Below, in pieces: positions 49,552-64,000 of a stretch of DNA of 64,000 bases (positions within the stretch are counted from its first letter, which is position 1; the number at the start of each line of letters is the position of its first letter). Source of the stretch: Aplysia californica (Eukaryota); NCBI RefSeq assembly GCF_000002075.1, contig NW_004797711.1:98306-162305 (forward strand), written 5' to 3'. A model generated the notes under the pieces. That model was not told where the DNA came from. It did not search any database and saw only the letters and a list, made by a program, of their open reading frames with translations. Both the position numbers and the translations under genes were made by a program.

Positions 49552-50087
49552 TGTATATAAATGACAGTTTGAACATGTGTTGCTGTGTCTTGGGACTAGT
49601 GAAGGCGTCCATCTTACAACTGGCAGAAGTCAAGAGCTGGATCTGTGTGGATTTAGTTTTTCCGTTTGTCCAAGGTGTTTAGTTCTCTCTGCCTCCACCA
49701 ATGAATTCCGTCCTTCTATTCTTGTTTCATCGTATTTCAAAGCTTACATCTCTATCATCACGCCATGGCTGAATGTGGTCTGGGAGTAAAAGTTGTCTTG
49801 AAAGGACCAAAAAAAAATATTAACCCACTCTTCATAAAGATTCACCCCATGCTTGTCGTCTGTCATTTTAAACAATACAACACATTTTTTCTTCTTCTAT
49901 TTTCTAACGGGCCACTTCCAACCAAAAGGGTATATATGTCTGTTATTAGAAAAACGGGTTTGCCACGCTTCTCCCGAGTCCCTCATGCTGTATGGAGCTC
50001 TGTGTTTTTCCTGCCAGGCACGAATGGTTTGTCGAGTTTGATGTACAATTTATTTTAGCTGTTTCACAGATGTGTTTTGTTTTGAGG

Positions 50088-50145
<58 letters not shown>

Positions 50146-52498
50146 TTGCCCCGAATGAGATGAAAATGAACCTATACTATACTAATTTAGATTAATTTTT
50201 TTAACATTACTGTTGACGTGTGAGAGTGAAGACAAAAAAAAGATGGAAAAGAGATAATGAATGTGAGAGGAAAAAAAGAAGAATGATTCATCAATTGTTT
50301 GTGTCTAGACACTGCTGGAGTGTCATGATGAAGTGTTTCTGTCTGCCCTGTTGTGCAGTTGTATCGGCATGTTTTGGTAAAGTCAATCATTGATTTCACA
50401 ATAAACCACGAGTCAATCTTATCCCAGAGTTTTGTTTTTGTTTCATAAACTTGTTTTCTGCAGCTGTTGTCATTTTGTTTAATTTTTTTTCTCTTTTTTT
50501 AACGAGTTTTACTGCACTTACAACACATTAGGTAGTATAATATAAGCGATGAAGATTAGAGGTGTTACAAGAGAGTAACCAACACGAAAAAGAAGGAGGA
50601 GAGATAGCAACAATAGATTTTTCATAGGAGGAAAGAGGGAGTAACAAACCACACTACTTAAACTCGAGGGCGGTTGTTGGGTGCTCTGGTGTGGTTTGCG
50701 TCTTCTTTCCTATCAAACATCTCTCGTCTTTATCTCCCCTCCTTCTTTTTTGTGTTTGTAACTCTCTTGTAACACCTCTAACCCTCGGCACTTATATATG
50801 ACCTTATTGTGCTGCAAGTGCCGTAAAACACTGACTAAAAGAAACCTGTTGGGCCCAACCTCGCCCAAGATCGTCCAAGCACACAGAAAGACTGAGATAC
50901 TCAATAAAAATACTTCCAATGCCCACACTGAAATCAAACTCGGATCTTGTGTGTGCGAAGACATAGCACCTAACCGCTACACCACATTCACCGATACGAA
51001 CAAAGAAGTAACCAGAGGGAAAAAACGCTAATCTTAGACAAACCAAACACAAACCATGCATATATCATTTCAAATATTTATGTTATATATATTTATATAT
51101 TATATATAGCAAAGGAATGTTATCTGCGAGTTTACCCCCTCTCTAGCCCTCTCACACCGCATACACTGGGTCAGACAATCGCTGGAGGACAGGGAAGGAA
51201 AGCGTTGTCCACCCAGCCAGAGGCTGAGAAGTAATAATAGTAATATATCATACACACAATACTAACAAAAGCACCGAGGGAACTCCCATCAAAGCAAACA
51301 TATCAGCATGACATGGTGGAATCAGGCTCTCGGCAATTTTTGGGCATGTAGAGTTATTGATACCACCTGAAAGCTTATTCACTTGCCTTGCTTTAAATAA
51401 ATGAAATATCTGTCTAGCTTGAATAGAAGTCGAGATATTTGCGATTGAAGAAGGTGGGGTAGCCTGGTTTCAGTGTTTAAATTAATGATAAAATGGCCAC
51501 CAAAGTTTGTTAACTTCAATAGCTTAGGAATCTTCGAAAACAGAAAATTACATACTCTGTGCCAAAAAATTTAATTTCTAAAAATTGCCAAACTGGTGGA
51601 AAAATGCCTTTTTCTTCGATTTCATTATTTCGACGAGCGCCTGATTCACCACGTTGCCTCACATATCGTTAGGGGAAAAGACAAACCTCATACTGTAATA
51701 TCGCGACCCCAGAGCTTTCTCCTTGTATCTCAATAGAATATCAGTGAAAATAGTTCATAACAAAAACTGAGCTGAAAGAGATGTCACATTTTCACTATTG
51801 AAAAAAAAATGGAGACATGCCAAGAAAGCACTGAGGTCGCAATATTAGATTAGCCGTATGTAATAAAAGTCAACAAATCGTAGCTGTCGCAAGCAATCCA
51901 CGCAAGTACAAATTTTGGGAATTTTCCATTTGTACATCCTCCCAAAGCTTTACCGCAGATGTACCTTTCAGGATCACCAAAATACAGTCAAATGACGTGG
52001 TCAAGGCTTACAATGTTCTTTTTATGATTCCTGAAAGGAACAACTCAACAAAAACTAATTTTTTTTTTGTCTCTGATGTAAAAAGGACCCAAACAGACTT
52101 GAGTGTTATGTTTGCGACGCTGACGATGTTCCTCAAACCCCTGTTTTACAGGAGACTCAAGTACTTTATAGAATATTTACCGTTAGCGTCGTAAGCAAAC
52201 ACATAGTCATCAACAGAATTAACATAACCCTGCCCCTGCCATTAAAAAATTAATTTTTTTAAAGTAAGAGTTTTTACGCTCTCATTGAAACAATTTAGAC
52301 CATTTTTGAGGCAGGCTTTGACCAATCAGGGTTGAAGGGGATATAACAACAACAAAAATATAGAGTGTGCATTTTTTAAAACCACACGTCTAATTCAATC
52401 CCAACTTTTCTGTTGACATAAATAGTTTGCTTGTGTAAAGAAAGATCTCTTGGGACCAGGTTGTGAAGAGCCAAAAGAAGATGTAATATTATTCTTAA

Positions 52499-52737
52499 CC
52501 CTATCCGTACACCCTGGGGCTATTTTGTACCCTCGGGGTTGTATTCTTCACATTTTAGAATACCTCTAGTACGAAGATCTCTTTGAAACTCTCAGTACTT
52601 CTCAAATAATAATTTTGACAGAGTGCTTTGCAAAGCGTACAGACTGGATTAACGAGTAAATTTCGTCTTTGAAAGTGGTGGCACAGAGTTCCCCACATTG
52701 TATGGATACGATAGTAAAACACTACGTACGGATAGGG
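52499..52737. mobile_element. piggyBac-type MITE (239 bp)
   Basis: TTAA|CCCTATCCGTAC ... GTACGGATAGGG|TCAA. Confidence 0.75.
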
Positions 52738-55700
52738 TCAAAGATTGCTTGCGACACTAACGTTATGCACCTCAATCATTTAATTAATCAAGTCATTAAT
52801 CACTTATGCAAAGACGTATATAAATCAATAGCGTTTCCCACGTTAATGTTCACATCCATCAAAAATCAAAGCAGTTATGACACAAATCTTCAATCAATCG
52901 ATTGGGAGTATTGAAATCAAATAAATAAATGAGTCTTTCGTAGCCAACTACTACAGGTATATGAGCAAAGTCAAAGCAAAGTTGTCGTAAGAAACCCTGA
53001 TGTGTCATTCCTTTACACACTCTGCCAATAAATCGTCGGTGATGCAAGCAATCCACAAAAGTCCATTGGGGATACTTCCTACATCACAGATGTCAAACTA
53101 GTTTTTGTTGTGATGTTCCTTTTAGGAATCACGAAAAGCAAGAAAATTGTAAGCCTTGACCATAGCATTAAACTGTATTTTAGTGATGTTGAAAGATGCA
53201 TCTTTCTGGAAAGCCGTAAAAATCAAAAATCCTCAAAATGCGGGCGTAAGTGGATTGTTTGCAACAACGACAAAACGTGGACCTATGGTACACCATGAGA
53301 GAACTGAGTGCCAAACACATGAATATTTTAGTTATTATAGAAAGTGTTTTGCACCACTTGCAACACAATAAGGTCATATAAGTGCCGAAGATTTGAGGTG
53401 TTACAAGAGAGTAACAAACACAACAAAAAAGAAGGAGGAGAGATAAGGACGATAGTTGTTTGACAGGAAAGAAGGAGCATACCACACCAGAGCACCCACC
53501 AACCACCCACAAACGCATGTATATTTATGCAACTTTGTGAAAGAGACGATGCGACCAGGGAACAATCCGCGTCCCACATTTGAAGATCCATCAGACAGTC
53601 TCACGAGGGCTACACCACACTTGAGTAGTTTGCCTAACTAAACAATACGTGAAGCGTGCAGACAAAGTAAGTTGCTTTTTGCCATCCACCAATGGAAATA
53701 CCCGCCAAAAATTCAACACGGGGCAGATTTGTAGATTTTTCACTGATACCACTCTCTTCAAATTTAATACGTCTTTAATCAGTTCTTACCAACAATTTGT
53801 TCAAACTCAGTATATAAATTTGACGTATCTATTGGTCTATACGGCTAAAATCTGAGAAGTAACTCAATTTGTCAGCATGCTTCTCACATATATACACGTA
53901 CATGTGATAGTGAATGAAGTAACTGACACTGAAGCTGGCTTCTCGCTTCTCTCATCCGATCAGAAAAAATGTGAGTGGATTTTTCCCATTTACAAAGTAC
54001 TAGAAGAAAAAAAAAACCAAGGCAATGAAAAAATGTGTGAAATCTCACACTTCACATTTTGTGACAGACCAGCCAGTTGTAATATTTTCATCCTGTGCAC
54101 GGGGTAAATTCTGTTCGAATTGAGTGCATATAACATTCTTTTTTTACAAAGACCCAATTCAGTCTCTAAATCCCCACAACCAATCAGATTTGGGCAAAGT
54201 GGTTCACTGAGTATAAAGTTCGTAAAAAAACGCCCACAAAAACATTCAGGCCTATGTGGGGGGATATGTTTTCACAAGTCTTTAGAGACCGGGTCTCCAG
54301 CATCTGACACAGTTATAACAACAAACAGTTCGCGACCTCAGTGCTTTCTTGTCGTACGTCCATTTTTTTAAACAGTGAAATCAGTTCATAACATTCAAGT
54401 GTGATGCGATCGACAAGAAGAAGAAGAAGTTCATAACAGATTAACAAAGAGCGAGCTTAAGAAGAAGTCACATTTTCACTGTTTAAAATAAAATGGAGAC
54501 ACGACAAGACAGTACTGAGGTCGTGAGTACAAGACAGCAGAAAGGTGTAAAAAAAAAAAAAAAAGAAAGATTATTCCCTCGGAAAGGAAGAAACTGACAT
54601 CAAGTCGCAATGTAGACAATAAATTCAAGCACGGAGAACATGACAACGAGATAATTTTCCACAAAAAAACCCATGATAAATCAGGAAATGGGAGATCAGT
54701 CAGGCAAGCATCTAAAACTTGCACACTTCTTCTTCTTCTTCTAAGACTGTACAAAAATAAGACAATAACTGTCACAGCGCCAGCTAGAGGGTAGATAAAT
54801 GTTAAATAAAATAAATACACAAGAGTTCAATCTTGCTTCAGTTTTGATTACAACACAGGGCACCCGTACTGACAGCTGTTCGCAGATTGATTTTTTAAAG
54901 TACTTTTAACTTTCTAGGAACTTCTGAAACTGCTCTAAAAACTAATGTGTGGTAGAAATATAAATAAAAAGATGAAACAGAAAATTTCAGGTGGATATTT
55001 GTAAAGGTAAGGCAAACCACACCAGAGCACCTGCCAACCACCCAAACTATGCCAGCCCCCACAGCACAAGATACTTTGCAGAGATCCGAGAAGACAGAAC
55101 AGGGTGATTTCATTTTATCTTGTTTTAACAGCTGTCAGACGAAAGTGAACAAGCTATAGCAATCTGTACAGTGCATTTTCGAGGGTCAGAAGTCTTTTTC
55201 TTTTTATAGTAGAGGGTTTTACGGCGCTCGCAACTGCATAAGGTCATATGAGCGCCAAGGGGTGGGAGTCAACAGAGAAGTCTTTCCAGGGAATCAGACT
55301 TAGACTGCTCACCTCTCTAGCTTCAACAGCACAAGGTCTGCTTCGACTATCAAGGCACCCCGGAAATAGCAAGTCACAAGAGAGTGACAAACATACAAAA
55401 GAAGTAGAGGAAAATGACAATAATAATAATAATAAATAGCATTTATACTGCGCATTTTCATTTCCTAAAAGATGCTCAATGCGCATTACAATGAAAAAGA
55501 CATCACATCTTAAAAATTAATCGACACAAATGTGTACGTAAAACAAAGTATTATACATATAATATAAATGCATATGTGAAAAATTTTATACCAGAAAAAC
55601 AGTCTCGCAGTGAGGTTGAAAATGTGTTCACTAAAAATATACAATGCAATATAAATTCACGAACTGTAAGGATCAGGAAAGAAAAAGCAGCAGTTCCCTG

Positions 55701-57927
55701 TTGTAGATCAGGCACATTTATGAGCGTGACATGAGTCAGCCCATTTACAATTCTACTGTGCTTAAACGAGAAATGTCCCCCCTTTGGGAATGACCTAAAG
55801 ACACTACAGCCAGAGGCACTGCCCCGGGGGGGCTTGGAAGTCTTTGGGGAAGAGTGGGAGCGTGACTTGTGAGAGAAACAAGTGCTATTAGGCTGCTTGG
55901 TCTAATGAGACGATGCGTCCGTGTTTAGTCATTGTGACAATTCTGTTTTCCCAGTGGGTGATTGGCGGGTGCTCTGGTGTGGTTTGCTCTTCTGTCCCAT
56001 TAAACAACTAGATCGTCTTTATCTTTCCTCCTCTTTTATGTTTGTTACTCTCTTGTAACAATTCTAATCTTCGGCACTTATATGACCTTACTGTGTTTTG
56101 TGCAAGTGCCGTAAAACTGTTACTAAACAGTTTGCATTACTACTGGGCCAAGATTTTTAAATATAAATTTTTGTTTGGTCGTCGGCCTGCAGAAGCGCCA
56201 CGCAGAGTTTCAAGGGGAATACGCAAATTTCCCAAAGAGCTAGAGTTTTTTTAACACCGTTAGACGAAAGTGAACAAGCTATAAATAAAAATCACAGGAC
56301 CCAGTCCATTAGACCGTCTACCACAATGTTTCTGTTCTAGTTGACAATCTACCATCAGACCGGTCTGACAATTGTTCCATTTGACGGTTTACTAGTCTGC
56401 CACAATCACCAACCCTGATTGCAACTTTCACCCAAACCCAGACCATACTGAACCCACACAGCACAGGTGGTACGAGGTAAAAGGGAAGACCAGTAAAAGC
56501 GGACAGGCACAAATATTGGTCGCTTTTAAGCGCAAGGGGGCTGTCCCGATAAATACTTTTTTGAAAAAACCAAAGTCAAAGAATTTGGGAATATTTATTC
56601 AGTTTCTTTAAAAGAAAAGGAGAGTTTTTTCTATAACCAAACAAATACACACCAATGAAACCAAACTTCTCCTATAGGTAGGGCAATTCCCACTTTTGGT
56701 GTAGGTCGAGATTTCTGGAATCCCCTGAAATCTGGGTTAGCCCGCTTGTCCTTAAAAGCGACCAGTTACCATATTTCACGAACAAAATACATGGTACTAA
56801 TTATGCGCTATCTGCAGCATATTTCATACAAAGTTTGGCAGTGAAAAGAAACATAATTATAACAATAACATTATCAAACAGCATCAACAAAGATCTACTG
56901 AACCACAGAAACGCTCAATGTTGTTTCACCCACGCATGGCAAAAGAAAAAAACAGCACAAAAACAACTCACTAAAGTGCAGGCAAACGACACGTGTTGGA
57001 CACAGTGGAGACACCACCAACAGTAGACACAAATGTGGCACGACATGGCGGAATCAGGCTCTCGTCAATTTTGGGGCATATGGAGTTGATGGTATCATCT
57101 TAAGGCCTGTCCATTTTCCTTGTTTTGGGTGAAAATAATATCCATCTATGTTGAATAGAAGTCGAGATATGTGTGATTGAAGGAGGTGAGGGTCATCTGG
57201 TTTCAGAGGTAAAATTAGCGAGAAAATAGCTGCCAAAGTTATTTTTTTAGCTTGAGAGTCCCTGGAAACTGAAAATTTACATTTCTTCTGCCTTTAATCA
57301 ACGTTTTTAAGAAAAATCCACACTGAAAAATGCTCTTTATTGGACATGGAAGGTGTTGACCCTGAAAACAACAATTCGATAAATATCCCCAAACTTGCAG
57401 GAAAATGCCAATTTCTTGACTTTCGTTATTTTGACGAGCGCCTGATTTCACCGCGCTGCCTCACAAATGGTCAGAAATAACGTCACTGGTGGGATCGTTC
57501 CACCCCGCCCTTTGGAGATTGATCAAAGTCCGTATATACAGTCCAGCCTGTTCTCACAGCCTACCTACCTACCCACGACAATCACCGATACAGACGACCG
57601 CTTCCCCCTTTCCCCCCTCGCCTTTCATAAAATACCCAAACAATATAGTCCAAGACATTATCCATCTGTTGTTGATGTTGTTGTTAGCGATCCAGTAGCA
57701 TCTGAGCGTTAACTCTTCAGCATAATGCCATTCGGAAGACATCCACCTGAGACAATCACTTTCCTCCTCAACAACGGACAACCGTCCTGGACAATTCCCA
57801 CAGAGAAGGATCTGGAAACAAAACACTGCGACCCCAGGGCTATCTTGTCATACCTCCATTTTTAATAACAATGAGAACAGTTCACAACAAAGAGTGAGCT
57901 TCAAGAAGATGTCCCATTTCCATTGTT

Positions 57928-58823
57928 TAAACAAAAATGGAGACACCACAAGAAAGCACGGGAGACGCGACGCGATGGATCAAACAAAAATGGAGACACC
58001 ACAAGAAAGCACGGGAGACGCGATGCGATGGATCAAACAAAAATGGAGACACCACAAGAAAGCACGGGAGACGCGATGCGATGGATCAAACAAAAATGGA
58101 GACACCACAAGAAAGCACGGGAGACGCGATGCGATGGATCAAACAAAAATGGAGACACCACAAGAAAGCACGGGAGACGCGATGCGATGGATCAAACAAA
58201 AATGGAGACACCACAAGAAAGCACGGGAGACGCGATGCGATGGATCAAACAAAAATGGAGACACCACAAGAAAGCACGGGAGACGCGACGCGATGGATCA
58301 AACAAAAATGGAGACACCACAAGAAAGCACGGGAGACGCGATGGATCAAACAAAAATGGAGACACCACAAGAAAGCACGGGAGACGCGATGGATCAAACA
58401 AAAATGGAGACACCACAAGAAAGCACGGGAGACGCGATGGATCAAACAAAAATGGAGACACCACAAGAAAGCACGGGAGACGCGACGCGATGGATTCAAC
58501 AAAAATGGAGACACCACAAGAAAGCGCGGGAGACGCGACGCGATGGATTCAACAAAAATGGAGACACCACAAGAAAGCACGGGAGACGCGATGGATCAAA
58601 CAAAAATGGAGACACCACAAGAAAGCACGGGAGACGCGACGCGATGGATCAAACAAAAATGGAGACACCACAAGAAAGCACGGGAGATGCGATGGATCAA
58701 ACAAAAATGGACAAAAATGGAGACACCACAAGAAAGCGCGGGAGACGCGACGCGATGGATCAAACAAAAATGGAGACACCACAAGAAAGCGCGGGAGACG
58801 CGACGCGATGGATCAAACAAAAA
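57928..58823 (+). repeat. ~17 x 53/48-bp minisatellite derived from the right TIR of the 140-bp MITE
   Basis: AAACAAAAATGGAGACACCACAAGAAAGCACGGGAGACGCGA(YGCGA)TGGATC. Confidence 0.93.
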
Positions 58824-58980
58824 GGCAGGAAAAAGGTCATGGATATGCGTGGGGGAAAAACCTGACGTATCTCCAACAAGTGCCAGGCTACAGCCAGCAG
58901 GCATGGGAGGTTGAGCAAAGTAGAACATATCATACATATATATATACATATACTGAAGGTTCAACTGTCAATATATTGAC

Positions 58981-59033
<53 letters not shown>

Positions 59034-59401
59034 TAAAAATGACACTAATTACTTTTTAAAAACCTTTTCATCCTCTGTTGCCATTAAGCGTCGAGGGCAG
59101 ATGCAGTTTCTTATCGTAGGCCAGCTCCGCAGCTCTTTCAGTTGCGATACTGTGTTTTCTCAGGGTTTCCTTGACACCCTCGATCCACCTTTAGCGTGGC
59201 CTTCCTCTTCCTTTATAGCCTGAGTGCTTGGTGTTGTCGGCTCTCGACCCTACCAGAATGTAGGCTCTATGTATTATACAGTTCACTGTTATTACCTCAT
59301 AGGCTATAACTAGTATCACATCCTAAAACTTTCTCACCCAGATGTTCAGATGCAATAAGCCCAAAACGTTGATAATTGTTTTTTTAATTGCAGTTTCTTA
59401 G

Positions 59402-59710
59402 CTCTTTAACCATGCAATTTAAAATCACGTTTCTGCGTGATTCTCTCGGATTTGTGGAAATGCGACCCGACATATTATATTTTTAAAACCGTCTGTTTCG
59501 TGTCAAACTGATCAACAAAGCCTTGCCTAGACGTAAAATTCACTTAACTTTGACTTCCGGGTCAAACTAAAGGCATGTTAGCCCATACTTTTTTTATGTT
59601 CGCCGGTACCATAATACAATAATAACTTCGCATCGGACGGTGGTACCGTCCAGCCACCGTTACGGACTTCGACTACCGGACGCTGCCACCATCCAGACAT
59701 GGTTAAAGAG
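59402..59710. mobile_element. piggyBac-type MITE (309 bp)
   Basis: TTAG|CTCTTTAACCATG ... CATGGTTAAAGAG|TTAA. Confidence 0.65.
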
Positions 59711-60400
59711 TTAATCGGTGGTATCGGTTGTATATGCTACACAAACATTTTGCTGAAATTCAAAATTCTCAGTTTTGAAAAAAAATCAGAAAGACACATA
59801 TGAAGAGGAACAAATTCTAAAAAATGGAAACACTTTTTTTTATCTCTCCAAAAATGTTTACGGAGTTTAACGGAGGAAATGGCGATTGCGGAAATCCCCT
59901 AAAGAGCAGAATATTGAGACCCATGATTATTAGACAGCCAAGTTGGCAAACCCCTCACATAAAACCTTATAAAACTTTTTTTAAAAGTGACATTTACGCA
60001 GAGACAAGCAGTGACATTTACGCAGAAACGAGCAGAGACATAACAAAGTTATGCACACAAAACTCAGCGATGGAGCGTGGAAACAGCCAAATCACCATCT
60101 TTAGTTAAAGATGTGCTCTCCACGGGCCCTTCTTCTATTCTATAAAGAATTATAATAATATATGACATTTTTATAATTTTATATAATGCTCCACCCCAAG
60201 TAAAGAATACACAATTTAGGCGAGTTTAGTCTACGAATATATTTTTTTGTCTTTTTGCTTGACTTAAGCAAGTAAAATTGCTTTTCCTGCTCACAGAACA
60301 TTTTGATATGATTTTACAACACAACTCTTGCGACTTTTAGAAAGTCTTACAAAAACTTTTTTTTTCTTCTATTTTTGTACATTTTGTCTTTTCCCATTTA

Positions 60401-60439
<39 letters not shown>

Positions 60440-63400
60440 TGTGTNNNNNNNNNNNNNNNNNNNNNNNNNNNNNNNNNNNNNNNNNNNNNNNNNNNNNNNN
60501 NNNNNNNNNNNNNNNNNNNNNNNNNNNNNNNNNNNNNNNNNNNNNNNNNNNNNNNNNNNNNNNNNNNNNNNNNNNNNNNNNNNNNNNNNNNNNNNNNNNN
60601 NNNNNNNNNNNNNNNNNNNNNNNNNNNNNNNNNNNNNNNNNNNNNNNNNNNNNNNNNNNNNNNNNNNNNNNNNNNNNNNNNNNNNNNNNNNNNNNNNNNN
60701 NNNNNNNNNNNNNNNNNNNNNNNNNNNNNNNNNNNNNNNNNNNNNNNNNNNNNNNNNNNNNNNNNNNNNNNNNNNNNNNNNNNNNNNNNNNNNNNNNNNN
60801 NNNNNNNNNNNNNNNNNNNNNNNNNNNNNNNNNNNNNNNNNNNNNNNNNNNNNNNNNNNNNNNNNNNNNNNNNNNNNNNNNNNNNNNNNNNNNNNNNNNN
60901 NNNNNNNNNNNNNNNNNNNNNNNNNNNNNNNNNNNNNNNNNNNNNNNNNNNNNNNNNNNNNNNNNNNNNNNNNNNNNNNNNNNNNNNNNNNNNNNNNNNN
61001 NNNNNNNNNNNNNNNNNNNNNNNNNNNNNNNNNNNNNNNNNNNNNNNNNNNNNNNNNNNNNNNNNATTTTCAGATAAAAATAACTTCAGTGTGTCAAAAA
61101 ATCCTATTTTGACTCCATGAAACTGTGCAACGTCTTTTACATGCAAAAACAGTACTCAGTTTAGTTTAGTATGGAGTTTTACGGCGCTCGCAACTGCATA
61201 AGGTCACATGAGCGCGCCAGTACTCAGTATAACAGGTCTCTAAAACACAAAAATGTCACAAAAGCATCTTTTACGGTCATTCAAAATTAATAGAACACCT
61301 TCCCATAAACAGCAATACGAAGAAACAAAATAGAAAAATGAAGACGGCAGGACAATTGCGCATATCTGAAATGGTGACAGATTCATTCCCACAAAAAACA
61401 ACAGTGCCATCAGATTCAAGAACAACAGTTTGACGCGTGAGGAAACAACAGCCAATAAATCCTCTCCAATCTCAAACAGCGCAACAGCAATAATAAGCAG
61501 TGAAACAAAAGGGAAAGCTTCCTGTTTTAGTTTTAGTACGAGTTTTACGACACTTGCAACACAATAAGGTCATATAAGTGCCGAAGAACAGATTATGGGT
61601 TACAAGAGAGTAACATACACAAAAAAGAAGGAGGGGAGATAAGGACGACAGATGTTTGATAGGAAAGAAGGAGCAAACCACACCAGAGCACCCGTCAACC
61701 ACCCACCTTCCTGTCTCATACAATCTCCATACCACGGATGATGAGGTCTCTCATCTTGAGAAATTGCACTTAACTAAAAACTCCAGTTAAACAAAAACTC
61801 AAACTCAAAACAAAAACCAAAACCACATTTACACACAGACACACACACACATACACACATACCGCAGGCAGTATTGCATACAGACGCAAGTCATTTTTGG
61901 CGGCCTCTAGGATATGTCTGTACGCAATACTGCCCGCGATACACACACGCTGGCATTTTTTCAGCGGACAAGTTTCTGACCATGCATCTTTTAACGCTAC
62001 AACCCTGAGACGGCGATGGGAGTGTCCTGTGAAACTCGCCCGGTCCATGAGAGAACGGTCCCAGAGCCTGGTCAGACCACAGGGCGTGTGAAGCACGGTG
62101 AAGTATAGCCGCTATTGCATTCTCTTATGAATCTGAGTAGATTTATTTTGACTCGGAAATGATGTTGGATGAATATTTATCTCTTATAAATCTGAGTAGA
62201 TTTATTTTTACTCGCAAATATTGTTGGATGAATATTTAAACTACTTCCTCTTTCACTTTGCCATAGTTTCAGTCATTTTATGAACATTTTGCGTGTATAT
62301 TCCATCCCGAATTTCACGAGATCTGGAAAAAAATTCCGTCAAAAACGTGGAAAATAATTCTGGGATTAAAGTAAGAGTTAAGACATAAGAACTTTCTCCA
62401 TTCAAACAAAAATTGTACTTTTCAATAAACATTGAGATTATCTGGACTCCAATATTTATAAATTGTCCCAACAAATACAAATGTGAGGCAGCGTGGTGGA
62501 ATCAGGCTCTCGTCAATTTTTAAGCATGTAGAGTTATTGGTATCATCTTAAAGCTTATTCACTTGTCTTTATTTGGACCAAAAAAATTTCCCTTTATCTT
62601 GAATACAAGTCGAGATATTTGCGATAGAAGGAGATGGGGGTCACCTGTTTTCAGAGGTAAAATTAGTGAGAAAATAGCCGCCAAAGATTAGTTATTTCCT
62701 TAGTTTAAGAGTCTGTGGTAACTGAAAATTTACATTTTTGTGCCTGTAAACAATGTTTTTCAGAAAAATCCACACAGAAATGAGTTCCTTAATGGGCATG
62801 AAAGATGTTGAGCCAAAAAACAAAAATTTGCTGAAAATTCAGAAACGTGTGGAAAAATGCAAGTTTCTTCACTTTGATTATTTTGACGAGAGCCTGATTC
62901 CACAAATGGTTTGAACAAACTGCAAGGACAGTGTAAAACAGAAACACACAAAATACGAGTGAAATTTTGGGGGTCCCTTGTGTCTCTCTCTCATGAACTG
63001 GGAAGGAAGTGAGGGAAGAGACAGCCGTAGGTAAGCCCAGACTGTGGCAACATCGACCCCCTCCTAGTTTTTTAAGTTTTAGCAGAGGTTTTACAGCGCT
63101 TGCAACTGCATAAGGTCATATGAGCCCAAGAAGATTAGAGGTGCCACAAGAAAGTAGTAACAAACATAAAAAAGAAGGAGGGGAGATAAAGACGATAGAT
63201 GTTCGATGGGAAAGAAGGAGCAAACCACACCAGAACACCCGCCAACCACCCACTATTGAAACTCTTGGCCCATCCACTGACCATCACTCAAAACCTCAAA
63301 AAACCTACCAGTACCACTGCAGACAAACCATTTCCTAATTATTCTTTCTTTCTTTCTTTTTTTAAAAGCTGAAGCCAGCAGAGAAGCCCGCATGGCAAGC

Positions 63401-64000
63401 TGTGCACATCCACCAAAGGAAATGAGGGATTTAAACACTCAAAATGTGTCAAGCTCTTCTTTTCCAAAACTGGTCTCATTGGCAAGAGCAGACGCCAACC
63501 GTGGGTGATTGGCGGGTGCTCTGGTGTGGTCTGCTCCTTCTTTCCTATCAAACATCTATCATCTTTATCTCCCCTCCTTCTTTTTTGTCTTTATAATAAT
63601 TGCAAAAAAAAAGGAGGAGAGATAAGGAAGATAGATGTTTAGATAGGAAAGAAGGAGCAAACCACACAAGAACACCCACCAACCACCCACACTAGAATAT
63701 CTCACAGGGAAAAAAACAACCCAAAAACATACAAGGGCTGTCATCCCACCATCTAACGAAATCTGTTCAAAAACGCCAACAAGCAACATATATTTTACTT
63801 TATAGAGATACATTCAAGATGTAAAAACCTTCAAAGACCAAACACTCCTTTTTTCCGCTCAACGATAGGTCACTTTACCAATACCGTGAGCGCATCATAT
63901 ACGTATCATCACTCAAACAAGAAACAACGTATCACAGTCTCGCTGTTCAAATCATCAAACTTATTCCTCAAACACGTTTTTTTCCACCTGGACATGCTCT

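Noticed and set aside
57569-57826. Possible minus-strand exon (acceptor at ~57812); similar candidate at 61950-62100
   Set aside because: No recognisable protein similarity or partner exons; cannot be supported without transcripts
57894-59059. Three long ORFs (323-378 aa)
   Set aside because: All frames are open only because the satellite unit lacks plus-strand stops; the unit derives from a MITE TIR
60337-61146. ORFs spanning N runs (also 9.6, 16.7, 25.6, 40.6, 41.3 kb)
   Set aside because: Assembly gaps

Overview
Eukaryotic (animal, most plausibly gastropod-mollusc-like) genomic window with N gaps and dense repeats. It holds four recognisable intron-containing genes in two head-to-head pairs. 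Pair 1: PLPP6/7-like lipid phosphatase (minus, first coding exon only) and FAM78-like (plus, 4 exons, ~293-303 aa). Pair 2: NTMT1-like N-terminal methyltransferase (minus, 2 exons, 233 aa) and KIFAP3/KAP3 (plus, 17 exons, ~818 aa). KIFAP3 has one U12-type minor intron and a near-identical, in-frame duplicate of exons 6-8 that may be an assembly artefact. No gene is recognisable in ~45.1-64 kb. Repeats include CR1 and RTE LINE fragments, a decayed Sola-like transposase, SINE-like families, TTAA-flanked piggyBac-type MITEs and Mutator-like elements with 9-bp TSDs. The most unusual signal is a recurring class of minisatellites seeded on gene signals (splice donors, an acceptor, a stop codon) and on transposon termini. 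The clearest case is a 40-bp array of 22 copies of a KIFAP3 splice donor. Its unit carries a piggyBac-MITE end, and it has been hit by three different TTAA-targeting elements. All calls were made by eye; no searches were run.
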